A stretch of DNA of 63,366 nt, filler included, from Globobulimina sp. (taxonomy: Eukaryota): NCBI GenBank assembly GCA_003354225.1. It is 38 parts of 38 records of this genome, joined end to end, with 100 filler letters (N's around TTAATTAATTAA, not from the genome) between each part and the next. Parts side by side here need not be neighbours in the genome. Positions count along the whole stretch, not along the records: positions 23,397 to 24,966 come from PIVH01014687.1; positions 25,067 to 26,636 come from PIVH01014688.1; positions 26,737 to 28,306 come from PIVH01014689.1; positions 28,407 to 29,976 come from PIVH01014690.1; positions 30,077 to 31,646 come from PIVH01014691.1; positions 31,747 to 33,316 come from PIVH01014692.1; positions 33,417 to 34,986 come from PIVH01014693.1; 31 more parts are not named here. One strand, 5' to 3'. The stretch's first letter is position 1. Each line of letters opens with the position of its first letter. The translations under genes were made by a program, and so were the position numbers. This document shows positions 23,552 to 35,086 of the stretch, in pieces. A model generated the notes under the pieces. That model was given only the letters and a program-made list of their open reading frames with translations. It was not told the origin of the DNA and did no database searches.

Positions 23552-24955
23552 TTAACGTTTACAAAAATAAATTTTTTGTTTTATTCCATGCTGAATATTT
23601 TGTAATGTTTGAACAACATTCATTTTGTTTCCCATTTCTTTCATTTTAATATCTATACATTTTGTCATGTCATCCAAACAGATCTTCTTTTTATTTCTAT
23701 TCAAAACATCATGAAATGAATTAATTAACACACCGCCATTTGGTGAATCAAACGAAACATATTCATCTGAATTTGCATTAAAAATAATAATATTATCATC
23801 GGGATGTGTACTTAGCCCATTTGCACATTTCATAGCCACACTGTACTTACTATTATTATCACTTTCTATCTTTGGCGCCACATCGCCTCCTTTGCACGCA
23901 TCAATCACTAATAATTTTGGTTTATCTTTGAAAGGTTTACAATTCAAACCATTGAAAAATTTGTATAAATCTATGCGACCAAAACCATTCCCATCCGACA
24001 AATAAATGTTTTCCTTACTGCCATGACCTGAAAACACCAAAATAAACGAATCGTAATTCAAATAATTATAAAATAATTCATATCGCGCTTTGTTTATAAA
24101 CCCATCAAAATCCTGTAAATCCACAATGTCTTTGTCGTTACATATCACTTTATATTTATACGCATTGCAAAATAAATCTTTCATCAAATGTTTATCTTTG
24201 ACGGTCCCATACAAATTACTCAATGTCTTCCCACTCAATGTCTCATAATCTTTAATGCAAATAATTAGCACCAACGCATATCCACTGCGCACATTATACG
24301 CCGGCAGCAAAGTGTCATTATCATCGCCACTCGAACTTTTTCGCACTTTTCTTTTTTTCCGTTTTTTAATTTTAAGTTTGATTTTTCGTTTCTTTCTAAT
24401 TTTTGCTCCATTTCCATGTGCAGCAGGTAACGGAAACGTATTTGACGGATCATTGAGCACAAAAAAACTAAATCGCCGGAACTTTTCATATTCATTTTTA
24501 TCATTCACATTGAGCTGAGATTTTTTTTTATATTTTAATTTCCCATTACTGTCGCGATAATAATTTGGATCATTAACCTCGCCGTTTTTGATTAACTGTC
24601 TCCAATAATTTGAACATTGGTATCCGACGCGACCGTTAATAACAACGCTGAATAAGCCCCATTTCTCATTAACGCCGAACTCGGAGACGCGTTTCATGAA
24701 TGCTTTATGTTCGTCGCTGTCCCAAGCTCCATTTCTTTGCGATTCGCCATCTTTATTAAATCTGTAATAATACGAATTGTCATTTTTACCTTTTTGCAGA
24801 AACGTTTGTTGTCTTATTTTGGACATTTTCGATGGATCCGCCATTGCGACATCTAATCGATGTTTTTTTTCTGGAGTGGATTTTGATGGTTTTTCATGTT
24901 CAGATTCTGACTCGGATTGTGTTTCTGGTTCGGGTTCGGACATGTTTTTATTCAT
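23552..24955 (-). CDS. Myb/SANT domain + caspase-like (peptidase C14) fusion protein
   Basis: GAWDSDEH..KWGLFS..GRVGYQCSNYW (Myb); basic NLS-like tract; FSGHG and VIDACKG catalytic motifs. Confidence 0.85.
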   Translation of the reverse strand: MNKNMSEPEPETQSESESEHEKPSKSTPEKKHRLDVAMADPSKMSKIRQQTFLQKGKNDNSYYYRFNKDGESQRNGAWDSDEHKAFMKRVSEFGVNEKWGLFSVVINGRVGYQCSNYWRQLIKNGEVNDPNYYRDSNGKLKYKKKSQLNVNDKNEYEKFRRFSFFVLNDPSNTFPLPAAHGNGAKIRKKRKIKLKIKKRKKRKVRKSSSGDDNDTLLPAYNVRSGYALVLIICIKDYETLSGKTLSNLYGTVKDKHLMKDLFCNAYKYKVICNDKDIVDLQDFDGFINKARYELFYNYLNYDSFILVFSGHGSKENIYLSDGNGFGRIDLYKFFNGLNCKPFKDKPKLLVIDACKGGDVAPKIESDNNSKYSVAMKCANGLSTHPDDNIIIFNANSDEYVSFDSPNGGVLINSFHDVLNRNKKKICLDDMTKCIDIKMKEMGNKMNVVQTLQNIQHGIKQKIYFCKR

Positions 24956-25066
24956 ACTTTTCGTTTNNNNNNNNNNNNNNNNNNNNNNNNNNNNNNNNNN
25001 NNNNNNNNNNTTAATTAATTAANNNNNNNNNNNNNNNNNNNNNNNNNNNNNNNNNNNNNNNNNNNN

Positions 25067-25433
25067 AAACTCTCTTGTGGCCAAACAAAATATAGATTTC
25101 AATTCAAATATGGTTATTGATGAACTGCAGTATGAAATGGCTAAGTTAATCATTAATGAGTTTGATATTATAATGATATTAGAAATGTGGGAACAGACAA
25201 GTGTGCAGTTGAAATGTTATGGGATAAGTGATAATAATTTGCCACATGCAAATATTGGTAAGATGAGAGCAGCAGTGGACCAATACAAACTTGTTAATTT
25301 CCCCACATTAAAACGACATATTGTCGAATTGAATGAGTATGATATAAAGTTGTATCAATTTGCAACAGAAGTAGGGTTACAGAAAACCAATGCATGCAAT
25401 GCATACTTGATGCAAAACCATACGAGTTCATGA
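25067..25433 (+). CDS. Sulfotransferase-like C-terminal fragment
   Basis: AKLII.EFDII.ILE..HAN..LNEYDIKLYQFA pattern. Confidence 0.5.
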
Positions 25434-25532
25434 AAATGTGTTTTATTTAAACTTTCAATCCTCTTTCTTCAACCATCATATTACAGTATTCCGGCACTAA
25501 GGTTTTTTTTTAGTAGAAAGTATTAAAATGAA

Positions 25533-26636
25533 ATGTCACAGCATGTCTCATTTAAAAAAAAGGTGAAACAGAAGGTTTTTGTAAAACAAGAGTCGTTGCC
25601 AAATGTGCCTATTCACAACTTTTACCCGTGTCCTGTGTCATGCATATTGGATGCGTATAATAATGGTGACGAAGAGATAATATTTGTATCACATCACAAT
25701 GATTGTAAAGTAATTACATATAATGTGTCAACAAAACAATACAAAAAAATCATAAATTATCCAAAATCCAAGTTTAAATTTCATTCCATACAAATCAATA
25801 CAAAAACGAAACAAATGTATATTTATGATGGTTTGTGTATTATTTCTTTTATTATATGATACACAGTATATTTATAAAAACAACAAGGCGTACAACCAGT
25901 GTTTATGCTGTTATCCATCGGAAAGAGTAGCACTCACTCATCCGATTTACGTGTAAGCTCAAAGAAATTAATCAAACAGCACAATATAATCAAAACAGGA
26001 CAGTCATTCTCTACATTATATATCCAATATCCATACAATGAATATCATATTATCGGTGGTACCGCATCCAATAAACATTATAAATGGAATCCCGTGGCGC
26101 AAATCTTTGAGTTATATTCAATATTCACGTACAAAAAACGACTTTGCAATGTACACTTTTTATTTATAAAAACGAAAAATATATTCCTTGTGTTTGGTGG
26201 CAATCTGAGCCATTCAATGTATGCTCTAAATTGTAACAATGAGAATAGAGTCTGGAATAAATTTGGTGCCTCCATTCCATTCTATTTATATCAGGATTAT
26301 GGCTGTATATTATATAAAGATGACTATATTATCACTTTTGGTGGAAACAAAACCTTATCGACAGCAAATAGCGGAAGGTATGACAGTGATATTAGCAAAT
26401 TAATACCGCAGAAATGGGGACTGATGGATGATATATTTATATGTTGCATTAATAATGGATTCAAATGGTATGAGGCAATGATAAAATGCCCAGAAGAAGG
26501 GAGATATCATGCAATTTACTTGAAATATAGTGATAAAATTCATTTGTTTAAACGCTATGAACAGCATAAACATTGGCAAATATTCCCGGAGTTCATCATT
26601 AAAAATGAGAGTGAGAGAAAAGAAGATGATACAAAA
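25533..26636 (+). CDS. Kelch-like repeat protein, partial; intron ~25831-25888
   Basis: YHIIGG, FLVFGG, IITFGG repeats with Trp-ending blades. Confidence 0.65.
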
Positions 26637-27005
26637 NNNNNNNNNNNNNNNNNNNNNNNNNNNNNNNNNNNNNNNNNNNNTTAATTAATTAANNNNNNNN
26701 NNNNNNNNNNNNNNNNNNNNNNNNNNNNNNNNNNNNAGATTTATTCTTTGTAATAATATATGTTTAAATACGAGAATACGTTTACAGTAATGCAATAAAT
26801 GCACTTCGAGCTATTATAAAACTGAAAAAGATTTTCATTTTGAACTTTTCAATGCGTTCTAGAGTTATGATCGGACTTCAACTTTTGGAATGGCCTCAAT
26901 TATATTAAACTATAAAAATAGCAATATATAAAAGAAATGATGTGTAAACTTGCAAATGCATGTAAATCATTTATTAAATAGAACTGAGATAAGCTAGAAA
27001 GTGAA

Positions 27006-28306
27006 TCACATAAAAGGGTGATTTTGTGGTCGAGATGGAAGCAAACAACATCCAAAGCATAGACCACATAAAAAAGTAAATATTACGACAACACCCAACG
27101 GTAAAAAAAATTGTTTCAATGAAAGCGTATGAAACTGTTGGAATATTTTCTTACTTTGTGTTTTTGATAAAGTCTTGTTTTGCTTTTTATTTTTATTTCC
27201 TTTTTCTATAAATCTATTTGTTAATTTTGCAATTCTCGATTGTAACTTAATTCGCTGCATTTTATCATTCATTAAATCGCGACAAATATTATTTATTGTA
27301 TTTTGAAAGATATTTATAAACAAATTATCAATTTCCGATTTGTATTCAACTAAAATGCATTCAATTTTGTCGTATTTCGTGTTAGAATATATAGAATCCA
27401 TTGAATAGGAATGCAAATCGTGGATTATTCTGAACATTACGCTCAACAATTTATCAAAACTATCGTCGGAGGCATGGCATATCTCATTTATTAAAACCAT
27501 GACAAATTCACTCATAAACATCTCGTTCAATCGATTGCAATTTATTGAAATTAGTTCGCTGTGCTTGATATTCACATTGTTGTTGTTATTGTTTATCTGA
27601 TTAATAACTGGCTTATTTGATGCATTTTTGTGCTCTTTCTGGCGCTCACAAATAAATGTAATGATTTGATTCAATTCTTTTTCAAACAGCTCTCGAAAAG
27701 AAGCCAATGAATTATCAATTGCCGACTGTTGCGATTCTTGTTTGAACTGTATGCCATGTAATAATTTTTGCAAATCGTTTGTTTTCAAATTAGTGGTACT
27801 CAAATCGTCGATTTTGCTCTCAATTTTGCGATAAACTGTGATTATTCGTCGATCAATTTCCAAAGTTTGCAGGTATTTGGTCAAAGAGTCCAGTTTCTCA
27901 CTTATCACATTTATGCTATTTGCATCATTTTGCGGCGAACAAATCGAACTAAATGACGTGTTCATCGATTTTTGCACATGTTTACTGATCGCATCCTCCC
28001 ATTTGGACAATGACAATGTTTGGTGAATCTTGTGATGTTTATCCTGTTCTTGGCAAACATGCTTCATTCTACTATGCAACTTTGCAAATTCAGCTAATTG
28101 TTTCTGATACGATTGCTTGATATTCGCGATTGTTTTTTGCGTTTCTTGTTCTTGCAAACCTTGCAAACCATCTATTTTTAACATCAGTTTATAAACACCT
28201 AAAATGTCTCGATATTTCAAAATCGCTTCTTCCTTTTCAATATTTCCAAGGTCATTGTCATTGTCATTGACTGTTTCGTCGTCGTCATCATCACCAGCTT
28301 CAAAAT
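27006..28306 (-). CDS. Coiled-coil protein with C-terminal TM anchor, 5' partial
   Basis: Long ORF ending FFLPLGVVVIFTFLCGLCFGCCLL. Confidence 0.55.
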
Positions 28307-28406
28307 NNNNNNNNNNNNNNNNNNNNNNNNNNNNNNNNNNNNNNNNNNNNTTAATTAATTAANNNNNNNNNNNNNNNNNNNNNNNNNNNNNNNNNNNNNN
28401 NNNNNN

Positions 28407-29071
28407 AATACTTCGGGAGCCATATAGCCGGTCTTTCCCACCCTTTTATTGTTCACAAATTTATTGTCAGGATAGTATTTGCTTAATCCGAAGTCAATAA
28501 TTTTAATCTGATTGCCATACTTCTTGGACCGGTTGGCGATCATCGCATTCTCCAAACTCAAATCTAAGTGACAGACTCCTTTGGAGTGCATCCAGGCGGT
28601 ACAAGACACAATTTGCGAAAACATATGTTGTACCACTTTGATCCATTCGTTTGTGTCATTCATTGCTTCCTGTTTTAATCGCGATTGTTGTCGCGTATAA
28701 TGAGCCACTGCGCCGTCAGCATGCATTCCTTTGATATATTCAAATAATTCGCCACCTCGACACATTTCCATCGCATATAAATAGCAATCTTTGTCTTCCC
28801 ATTCATCGATCAAACGAACAAATCCTGAATGTGCGTCTTTTTTCGATGATAAATAGTTTAAAATTCTTTTTTCTTCTTCAAAATTTTCGGGTACACTGTG
28901 GCCATCGCGTGATTTGCCTAATTTTACCAACTGTCTCCAGGTTTCTTTTACCACACAAAATTCACCGGTCTTACGATCGATCGCACTGTAAATTCTGCCT
29001 TGTAATGTATCTGCTAATTGTCGTTTCAATTCAAATCGTGCCTCACCAGCAAGTTCAACAACGTCTGACAT
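28407..29071 (-). CDS. Ser/Thr protein kinase (CAMK-like), 3' truncated
   Basis: VVKE, MEMCRGGELF, HLDLSLEN, KIIDFG, VGKTGYMAPE. Confidence 0.9.
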
Positions 29072-29167
29072 CCTTCAACTTCAAGTAAGGTCAAATAATG
29101 AAACAACTCTTTTTTGCTTAGTCTGACCAGTTAACTAGTCATCATCCTTTCGGCTGACTCTTGAGAA

Positions 29168-29977
29168 ATGAACGCGAAGGATTCAGCAAATCACGTTGCA
29201 AAAGGACTTAAAAATTATTATTTTAAATATATAATGCCAATTGAATCACGGACGCATTTTGATAAGTTCATGACGCCCATTCTATCTGAGGCAGATTTTA
29301 TGGCCTCACCAATGGTATTATTAATGGGCCAATATTCTGTGGGAAAAACAACATTTATAAAATATTTATTAGAGAGAGACTTCCCGGGTTCGCGTATTGG
29401 GCCAGAACCGACCACGGATAAGTTTGTTGCGGTCATGTATAACGACAAAAAAGAGCGCATAATACCCGGCAATGCGGCCGCCGTCCAACGGGATAAACCA
29501 TTTAAGGCTTTGGAGACCTTTGGAATGTCCTTTTTAAATAGGTTTGAAGTGTCTGAAGTGAGTGCGCCTTTGTTGGAGCATATAACCTTAATCGACTCAC
29601 CGGGCATTTTAAGCGGCGAAAAGCAACGCATAGCGCGCGGCTATGACTTCTCCGCAGTCGTTTCTTATTGGGCCACGCGCGCAGACCGAGTCATTTTGCT
29701 CTTTGACGCACACAAATTAGATATTAGTGACGAATTTAAATCTGCAATCTTGGCCTTACGGGGCAATTTCGATAAAATCCGGTGTATATTAAACAAAGCA
29801 GACGCAATAAACCAACAGCAATTAATGAGAGTGTATGGCGCCTTATTATGGAGTTTAGGGAAAGTTGTTCAAACACCGGAAGTGATGCGAGTGTATATAT
29901 CCTCTTTTTGGGACAAACCATATCAAATCAAAGAATGTGAGAAATTGTTTGACTTAGAAAAGCAAGACTTATTAAAN
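29168..29977 (+). CDS. EHD: EH-domain-containing protein (EHD dynamin-like ATPase), 3' truncated
   Basis: GQYSVGKTTF, IGPEPTTDKF, IDSPGILSGEKQR, LFDAHKLDISDEF, LNKAD. Confidence 0.95.
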
Positions 29978-30076
29978 NNNNNNNNNNNNNNNNNNNNNNN
30001 NNNNNNNNNNNNNNNNNNNNTTAATTAATTAANNNNNNNNNNNNNNNNNNNNNNNNNNNNNNNNNNNNNNNNNNNN

Positions 30077-30645
30077 TTCTTTTTCTTTTTTTTGTTGAAA
30101 AGTATTGTTTTTTATTCGTGCTTTTTTCTTTTCCATTTCAAATTCCTTTTTTTCATTCTCCAGTTTCTCTTTTATTTCATTTATATTATTCATTTCAATT
30201 TTATTTGCTTTATATTGAGCTAATTTTTCTTGCGCAAATTTATCCATTTTTATTGAATCTTTTCTCCATTCGGTTTCCATATATTTTTCATATTGTTTCT
30301 ATGTTTTTTATTCAACATTTTTAATTGTAAATATATAAAAACATACAGACAAAGTACGTATACCTTCTCTTGTTCTAATTCTTTTATTTTATTTGTTAGT
30401 TCTAGTGTTTGGTGTTTTTTTTTATTTTTGCATTTTGATGTGACTGATTTGGATCGTTGTCGTTGTTTTTTTGATGTTTCCTGCCGATGCATTGAATTGA
30501 GACTAATTGATTGTAATGGATTGCATTCAGGTAGTTTTGATGGTGTTTGCTTTGCTTTTCTTTTTCTTTTTTTTTGTTTGCGTATATGAGTTCGAATTTT
30601 ATCTGCATCATCACCTATGATGATTGAACATCTTTTTTTATTCAT
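30077..30645 (-). CDS. Basic/coiled-coil protein, partial, one intron
   Basis: K/R-rich then E/K-rich ORFs joinable by a GTATAC..ATAG intron (~30299-30363). Confidence 0.5.
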
Positions 30646-30781
30646 TTTAAGAAAGGAATGAATGTTGCTTATTGTGTAAAAAATTAATATATATATATAT
30701 TCTTGTTTTGGTGGTGTTGACTTACAAAGGTTTTTATATATACTTTTCAACTCAAGTTTTTATACTTTTCAATTTATCTAA

Positions 30782-31126
30782 ATGACAGGTCCTGGAGCTG
30801 AATTTCCTGATTGGTCACGTTATGACCATGGAAAACGGACGGACGATTATTTTACATTTTATTACAAATCAAATAATAGCAAAGCAAGCTGTAAATATAA
30901 GATCGACCATCGAAAAATTGTCGATCCAGCGCGTGGATGTCGGAAAACATATGTTTTTAAATATAAATGTTCCACTCGGACAATGTACGATATTCCTAAG
31001 ATGAATATGGGTGCAATGAAGTATGTATTTATGGGGAACAAGTATGTATATAATCAAACATATCGATTTAATTGTCATAAACATATCCATTTCCCACTTG
31101 TTCCAATACTAATATTTAACGAGTAG
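30782..31126 (+). CDS. Hypothetical protein or degenerate ORF
   Basis: 114-aa ATG ORF; no recognised family. Confidence 0.3.
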   Translation: MTGPGAEFPDWSRYDHGKRTDDYFTFYYKSNNSKASCKYKIDHRKIVDPARGCRKTYVFKYKCSTRTMYDIPKMNMGAMKYVFMGNKYVYNQTYRFNCHKHIHFPLVPILIFNE

Positions 31127-32283
31127 TCATATTTTCATTTTTTTAATTACTTTTGCGACTTTTGGACCTACAAACATTGAAACCTTGAATCATTGATTCC
31201 ATTTTTCTGTTAGAATGAACTTGTTTTGCTGAGTGAAATATCGAAAAAACCTGAAACCTCAAACAGGAATACGTTTGAATTATCCTCGAACACACGGAAG
31301 ACGGTGATCACTGCTTCTCAAAAAAGAAATGTTCGAAAGTACTTAACAATCACACACAGTCAAAAATTAATAAATCTTGTCTATAACAAGAATTAGTACG
31401 TGTTTGTTGCATTGATATTTTAATTTTTGGATATTTAATATTTAATGATGATGAGATTGATGAATATACAAAATATAACCAACTACGTCTCCCTTTTTCA
31501 CACTTCCATACGCCATATAATGAACATTTTATTTTATTTCTTTTTCTTGTTTCACTTAAAATATCCAATAAACCACATAATGAAAATTGATATGAATAAC
31601 CTCCAAAACCATCTGTACATTGAATAACAATATGATCCAACTTTGGNNNNNNNNNNNNNNNNNNNNNNNNNNNNNNNNNNNNNNNNNNNNTTAATTAATT
31701 AANNNNNNNNNNNNNNNNNNNNNNNNNNNNNNNNNNNNNNNNNNNNTATCGAGACTGGGTAACGTGTTTTTCATGTCGATGGGGCGCGCCCTTGGCGCCC
31801 CGAGAACATAATAATAAAAAATAATATTCCCGTGATATTTTTGAAATTATAAATATGACATGTACATATTTATAATTTCAGAGATATTGATTTGTTTCAT
31901 GGGACATAAAAAATAACAAAACACAAAACAAAACAAAACAAAACAGATAATATAGATTCTTAATGCAATAAATCTATAATATAACATTAAAATACCATCG
32001 AAAGACGAAACGAGGATGACATTAACTTAAAGTCCAAAACAGTTTTTGGCAACATACATCAAAAAGAATGGATGCTTTGCCGAGCAAAGCGAGTAATATA
32101 TGGATATTATATGGATTATTTATTTGGTATCTATGGTGGCGACGCAGTCGCCTCATCTATTTGGATATGGATTATTTTATTTGGTATCTATGGCCGCATA
32201 ACATCAACATGTCTGAGACTGAGATGCATTCATTTCAGTAATCATTGGACAGTGGCTTTGTCACTCCAAATACAACAGTTCAT

Positions 32284-32353
32284 TGTGATGATAGCTTAAG
32301 GAAAGCAAATATTTGAAGAAGATTTGGGTTCCAATCCCAATCATCACATTTTA
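32284..32353 (+). ncRNA. Mini tRNA-like element family B, copy 1
   Basis: Acceptor GTGATGA/TCATCAC; D arm GCTT/AAGC; T arm TTGGG-TTCCAAT-CCCAA; then oligo-T. Confidence 0.65.
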
Positions 32354-32747
32354 TTATTTTTGTTATTTATTGTTTGTGTTTCTGTTGTATATGTTTGTAT
32401 ACTTTGTAATTTTATATAAAAAAAACACATCAGTAATTCCACAAATATCAAACAAAAAATTCTAACATGGAATTTCTGATGCTGTATTATCACTATTATG
32501 GAATTTCTGATGCTTTTTATGGGTATTTATGAGTATAATAATTTTATGCAGAGGTAATTTTGAAATGAATTTTTGGATATATATATCTTGATAGATGTTT
32601 CGAAGGGACGTGAATCACTTTTTAGAACGCCTCCAGCTAAAGCCCTTCAGTATTAAACAAAGAATAGTTTCTAACTTTTAAAGCTCAGAACTTAGTTGAC
32701 ACTAGTCAAATATGGGTTGGTTATTCAAACTCATGACAAAGTAAAAA

Positions 32748-33072
32748 ATGACTTTTTAGGTTCACACTTCTAAACACTTCTTTTGTGATTGACTAAGTTT
32801 TTTAAAGCTTTTTGCACCTCCATACATGAAATATATATATTATTATCTGATCATATATGATCCCTTGACAGGTCCACCATATGATTAAACCTATAATATG
32901 CGTATATCTTATCGGGCACACCTCTGTGTGTTATTTCTCACATTAAAAGAAATGCATTATTACTGTCCTTATAAGTAATGTCCCAAAATATTTCATTAAT
33001 TTTCAAACTTTCTACATTAGGCTACATTTAGGGGCAAAAAGCTTTAAAAAACTAGCCAATCACAAAAGAAGT
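32748..33072. mobile_element. MITE-like element related to family M
   Basis: Left end gactttttaggttcacacttctaaacacttcttttgtgattg; ~40-bp IR acttcttttgtgattg..aaagctttttgc / gcaaaaagcttt..caatcacaaaagaagt. Confidence 0.7.
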
Positions 33073-33118
33073 CTTCTTCTTCTTCTTCTTCTTCTTCTTC
33101 TTCTTCTTCTTCTTCTTC
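33073..33118 (+). repeat. (CTT)n microsatellite
   Basis: About 15 perfect CTT units. Confidence 0.95.
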
Positions 33119-33122
33119 AAAA

Positions 33123-33256
33123 CACTTGACTTTTTAGGCTTACACTTCTAAACACTTCTTTTGTGATTGTCAAGGTTTTTGGGTTAGCTAGAGTGGTTTT
33201 CAACCTAGTATTCGAAGTTGACCTAGTATTCGAATCCTAGTATTCAAAGTTGAAAG
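33123..33256 (+). mobile_element. Family M element (TIR type 2 left end, core, tandem CTAGTATTCGAA units)
   Basis: Near-identical to 34327-34408, followed by the unit array in the opposite orientation. Confidence 0.8.
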
Positions 33257-33416
33257 CATTTGAAAACCATGAGAACTTTAGCTATGAATGTGGTGAATAT
33301 CATGATATATAATTTANNNNNNNNNNNNNNNNNNNNNNNNNNNNNNNNNNNNNNNNNNNNTTAATTAATTAANNNNNNNNNNNNNNNNNNNNNNNNNNNN
33401 NNNNNNNNNNNNNNNN

Positions 33417-34233
33417 CATCAAACATGAACCAATGGCTAGCATCAAACATGAACCAATGGCTAGCATCAAACATGAACCAATGGCTAGCATCAAACATGA
33501 ACCAATGGCTAGCATTATTTTACAGTCTGCCTCTCATGCTCTTACCAATTCCAACTCCAACATGAACTCCAACACAAACACAAACTTCAACTGTGGAGGA
33601 AAAGGTCTCACTTTGACTGTACAAAGCATGCAAGAAAGATTGGGCACCTTTTATTCCGAGGGAAACCAACTCGACAAAATTGAAAATGCCATAAATGAGT
33701 CTAACCGGGTTGATGCGTTGGTAGAATGGCTCAATGTCGGGTTCTTACTCCAACAGTTAATGGAATGGAACAAAACTGGAACAAATTTAACCTGGACGGA
33801 ATACGTTAAGCAACGTATGAATTTCAGAGGTATATCTCAAATTCTCAAATATCGAACCATTTGGAACGGACGGCATTTGATCATGGAAGGATTTGAAAAC
33901 AGGATGAAAGAATTGCCAAAAAGCATCGATAAATTGGTTGAATGGGTTAGAGGTATTAAAGCCAAACAAAATAAGTGTCTGGGAAACGCTCAAAAAACTG
34001 CGAAACAACGTGTACAAAAACATCGCACTGTTAGAAAGAATCGAACCAATGCTGCATTGATTTCTTTGCGAAAACATTTGAAATCCACGCCAGAAAAACT
34101 TCCGAATGGTCATGTATATTGTGAATGGTTAGAAGAAATAGTGGAAATATGTAAACAAGAAGAAATCAGAAAATGGAACTTAAAATTCTCTGGACCAGTA
34201 CCACCTCCCTCAAAAAAACAACGAATCGGTTGA
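33417..34233 (+). CDS. Putative nuclear protein with tandem ASIKHEPM repeats, 5' partial
   Basis: 24-bp tandem repeat; C-terminal PPSKKQRI NLS-like motif. Confidence 0.6.
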
Positions 34234-34326
34234 AGCAAATGACAAAAACTTGAGACATTAATGACTATTTAAGTTTATAAATTTTATCCTTGATTTATAT
34301 CACATGCTGATACGAAAAGAGTACCA

Positions 34327-34466
34327 CATTTGACTTTTTAGGCTTAAACTTCTAAACACTTCTTTTGTGGTTGGCAAGGTTTTTGGGTTAGCTAGAGTGG
34401 TTTTCAACTTTGAATACTAGGATTCGAATACTCGGTCAACTAAGTGTGAACCTAAAAAGTCAAATG
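34327..34466. mobile_element. Family M MITE, complete (TIR type 2)
   Basis: catttgactttttagg.. / ..cctaaaaagtcaaatg TIRs around the shared core. Confidence 0.85.
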
Positions 34467-35086
34467 CAAACTTTGTATAAAACTCACTGTTTAGTAGTGT
34501 ATCCTTATTTAAATAGCAATTTTTAAATTGAAAGGTATTCACAGATTACACACGACAACATTGTATGTATGTAATATCACTCATATATTGATTTAGTTTC
34601 CTATCCATTGATTTAGAAGCAACATTAATGAATTTATTTGTTACAATTTGTGGTGTACTGATTTGATTCGCTGGTAATATCACATTCATATCACATTCAT
34701 CCATTTCGTTTTCTAATTCCACAGTTTTCAACTTACAATTTCGCAAATTACATAACAACGTTCTTAATATATCTTTATTATTGCTGTGTTATTATTATTA
34801 TAATCATTTAATATTGGAATAGAAAACTAATGTAAATACATACATTTTAGGCAGCGAAATATGTCGCAGTTGCACGGAATTAATTGTTTCTGCAAATGAT
34901 GCATCATCTTGAGACTGTATACTTATGTCGTTGTGTTTTATCGATAATGATGATATTTTGTAAGTATTTTGTGCAAAACAATATAANNNNNNNNNNNNNN
35001 NNNNNNNNNNNNNNNNNNNNNNNNNNNNNNTTAATTAATTAANNNNNNNNNNNNNNNNNNNNNNNNNNNNNNNNNNNNNNNNNNNN

